The notes beneath the pieces were generated by a model. The model was not told the DNA's origin, did not search any database, and was given only the letters and a program-made list of their open reading frames with translations. Positions 35,620 through 37,940 of a DNA stretch of 37,940 bases are shown here, in pieces (the stretch's first letter is position 1; each line of letters opens with the position of its first letter). The position numbers were made by a program, and so were the translations under genes. Origin of the DNA: Octopus sinensis (taxonomy: Eukaryota); the NCBI RefSeq assembly GCF_006345805.1, contig NW_021835904.1:1-37940 (forward strand). Reading direction: 5' to 3'.

Positions 35620-37230
35620 CTTTCATTTTTCTCGGGGTCGATAAAATAAGTACCAGTTAAGCACGGGTTGGTGTGACCGACTCTTAAAATTTCAGTTATT
35701 GTACCTTATAATAGAAAAAGATTATTTTTATTATTATTTACGCGGCAGAAACCATTTAGGACATCGGACAATGCATTGCAATATTTCTTCCCGCTCTTTA
35801 TGTTGGCCAAATCGGGCCAATTGACTGAGGGTCGATAAAATAAAGTACCACTCATGGATTGGAGTGGATGGTGTCGACTATCTCTCTTCCATTAAAACTG
35901 CTGGTCTTGTGCTTAAATTACAAACAAAATTCCTTATAAAACTTCTTGTTGAAAGGCTAAAATGTCGGTCGGATTCAGTGCCTCATTTTCTACCCTCTTT
36001 ATTTTGAGTTAAGATTCTACTTGGGTGGGGTGGGATCCATAGAACAAGAACCAGTCATTAATGATTAGTTCGATTTTATCAACTCTACAAATTTGTGTAC
36101 CTTTAACAAATCTAAGGCGTCACTATCAACATTATTTTCTTCCTTTTTTTTTTTAAATTGTTTTTCCCGCTCTCTGCACCGTTGATCTTATTCTATGTTG
36201 TAAAACATTATAAGCATACAAAAGGTGTCGTTTTCTTTTGATGAGACGAGAGTGAATGTACATCTTCACTTTGCGGAAGTTGACCGACGAAATTTTTTGA
36301 ACACCTAAAATCTGGTTAAAATCACCTTTTGTCATTCGGTTGGCGTCTATGAAATAACATACCAGTAAAGTAATGCGGATTGACTTGTAACCCCACTTAT
36401 GTATGCATCGTTGCCCATCTGTTAATATAAAGACTAATCTCATGTGTCAGTATAGTGTATCTGAATTCAAACTAAAATTTCATTTTATTTAAAAAAAAAA
36501 AACCCAAAAACTTTTTGCTCATCAACAAGATCAACTTCACTTTCATTCTTCATCATTGCAGGAGCGCTACTAACACAAAGTACCAGTAACATACATAGGT
36601 CGATCCAGGGTGTCTTATAATCAAAACCAGCATTTTAAATTAAGTTTTAGCCATCAGTATCTTTGCGGTTCTTTGCGTACATTTTGAGATCGAATCATCT
36701 AGAGATCGACTTTGCTTGTTATTTTTCTAGGGAAAATAAAATATGTTAAAATTAACGTTATAACAACACCCTTGTCCCCAATTCTTAAAAGAGCCGGCTG
36801 GTTCCTTAATCTGGTCTTGCGCTGCTGTTACCTTCTTGTTATATATAAATTCTGCTGTGGGCAATATTACCTTCTTTCAGAAATCATGATCATAATTATT
36901 TCCAAGTCATTACGTACTTAGTTCAAATTGCCACTACGGTCAATTTTAGCTTTTCATTTTCTGCGGCATCGTAGGTTTTTTTTTTTTTTTTAACTTAGTA
37001 AAGTACTAGTTAAATTACTAAGGTTGTCTCAACCGACTCTGGCGTTAGTAATTTGGCAGAATCGTTAGAGCATCAGGGAAAATTCCGTTTCGGCATTTGT
37101 TCCGGCCCTTTAGTAGTCCGAGTTCAAATATCAACGGGGGCCGACATTTGTGTTTCATTCTTTCGGGGGTCAGTGAATTAAAGTACCAAGTACTGGGATT
37201 AATTTTAACGAGTAGCCTCTCTTGCTCGAA
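35620..37230 (+). mobile_element. Degenerate SINE family A remnants (about 35620-35720, 35740-35920, 37040-37230)
   Basis: ggggtcgataaaataagtaccagtt, gagggtcgataaaataaagtacc and tggcagaatcgttag...gagttcaaat motifs. Confidence 0.55.
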
Positions 37231-37379
37231 AGGGGCTGTCTTTCTGTTTAAATTAGTAACCATTATTATTAAATAGAATGTATATGAAGAATTGTAAATT
37301 TTTTTTTGTCTTTAACAGGATTTAATTAGCATGTAATCTCTAAGCAGATAATCTGTAATTGTTAACAAGATTAGGTTAG

Positions 37380-37414
37380 TATTTTATATATATATATAAT
37401 ATATTAAATATATA

Positions 37415-37445
<31 letters not shown>

Positions 37446-37705
37446 ATGTGCACATATTAGACACGCATGTATAATTCAAATGTGCGTGTGTGTGTGTATA
37501 TATATGTATTATATATATATATATATATATTGTGTGTGTGTATGTATATTTATTTATATATATATATATATATTTATATATAATATATACACGCACAACA
37601 CACAGTACACACGTCAATCATCATTGTTTTAATGTCCGCTCTTGCGTGTCAGACCCGCATGTATAGATAAATATATACATATACGTGTGTGTGTGTGTGT
37701 GTGAA

Positions 37706-37750
<45 letters not shown>

Positions 37751-37760
37751 ATTTATTTAT
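37380..37760. repeat. TA/TG-rich microsatellite region
   Basis: Directly visible. Confidence 0.9.
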
Positions 37761-37940
37761 TTATTCACACAACCTTAAATAAAATCAGTATTGCTGTCTC
37801 AAATAAACCTTTCTCTTTCGATGCTTTATGCTTCTATAGCGGAGCTACGATTCCAGTTCTTTTTTATTTATATATCAACTTCAATTATTTTTGTCTTCCC
37901 TCTTCCAAATACTTCCTTCTTTTTATTCTTTCTTCTATTT

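Larger units (their letters stand above)
27011..37940 (+). other. PBX intron 1 (continues beyond the window)
   Basis: GT donor at 27011. I found no sequence encoding the expected next exon (KHALNCHRMKPALF-like) in the remainder. Confidence 0.85.

Overview
Repeat-rich (microsatellite- and TE-dense) animal genomic DNA, most likely Octopus or another coleoid cephalopod. That assignment is inferred from the tRNA-derived SINE families and microsatellite load and is not verified. The one host gene is the first coding exon of a PBX/extradenticle TALE-homeobox gene (26769-27010, + strand; MDDQQRLMH...[26 protein letters not shown]), preceded by a pyrimidine-rich promoter candidate and a trinucleotide-rich leader. 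Its phase-2 intron 1 runs past the window end (>10.9 kb). The upstream 22.6 kb is a layered TE graveyard: four tRNA-SINE families (called A-D here, many with readable TSDs), plus remnants of an RLE-type (R4/Dong- or HERO-like) retrotransposon, an RTE LINE, a CR1/L2-group LINE, a Penelope-like GIY-YIG element, a mariner and several MITE-like foldbacks. The most notable structures are: a four-unit head-to-tail SINE multimer inside one TSD; a SINE carrying a perfect 72-bp templated insertion copied from 2.4 kb away; three SINEs that swap head, body and tail modules; a young-SINE-free zone around the PBX promoter populated instead by an old motif-conserving repeat; and a 2.2-kb zoned alternating purine-pyrimidine tract in intron 1. 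I see no evidence of a novel protein-coding system. Almost all long ORFs in the track are microsatellite artefacts.
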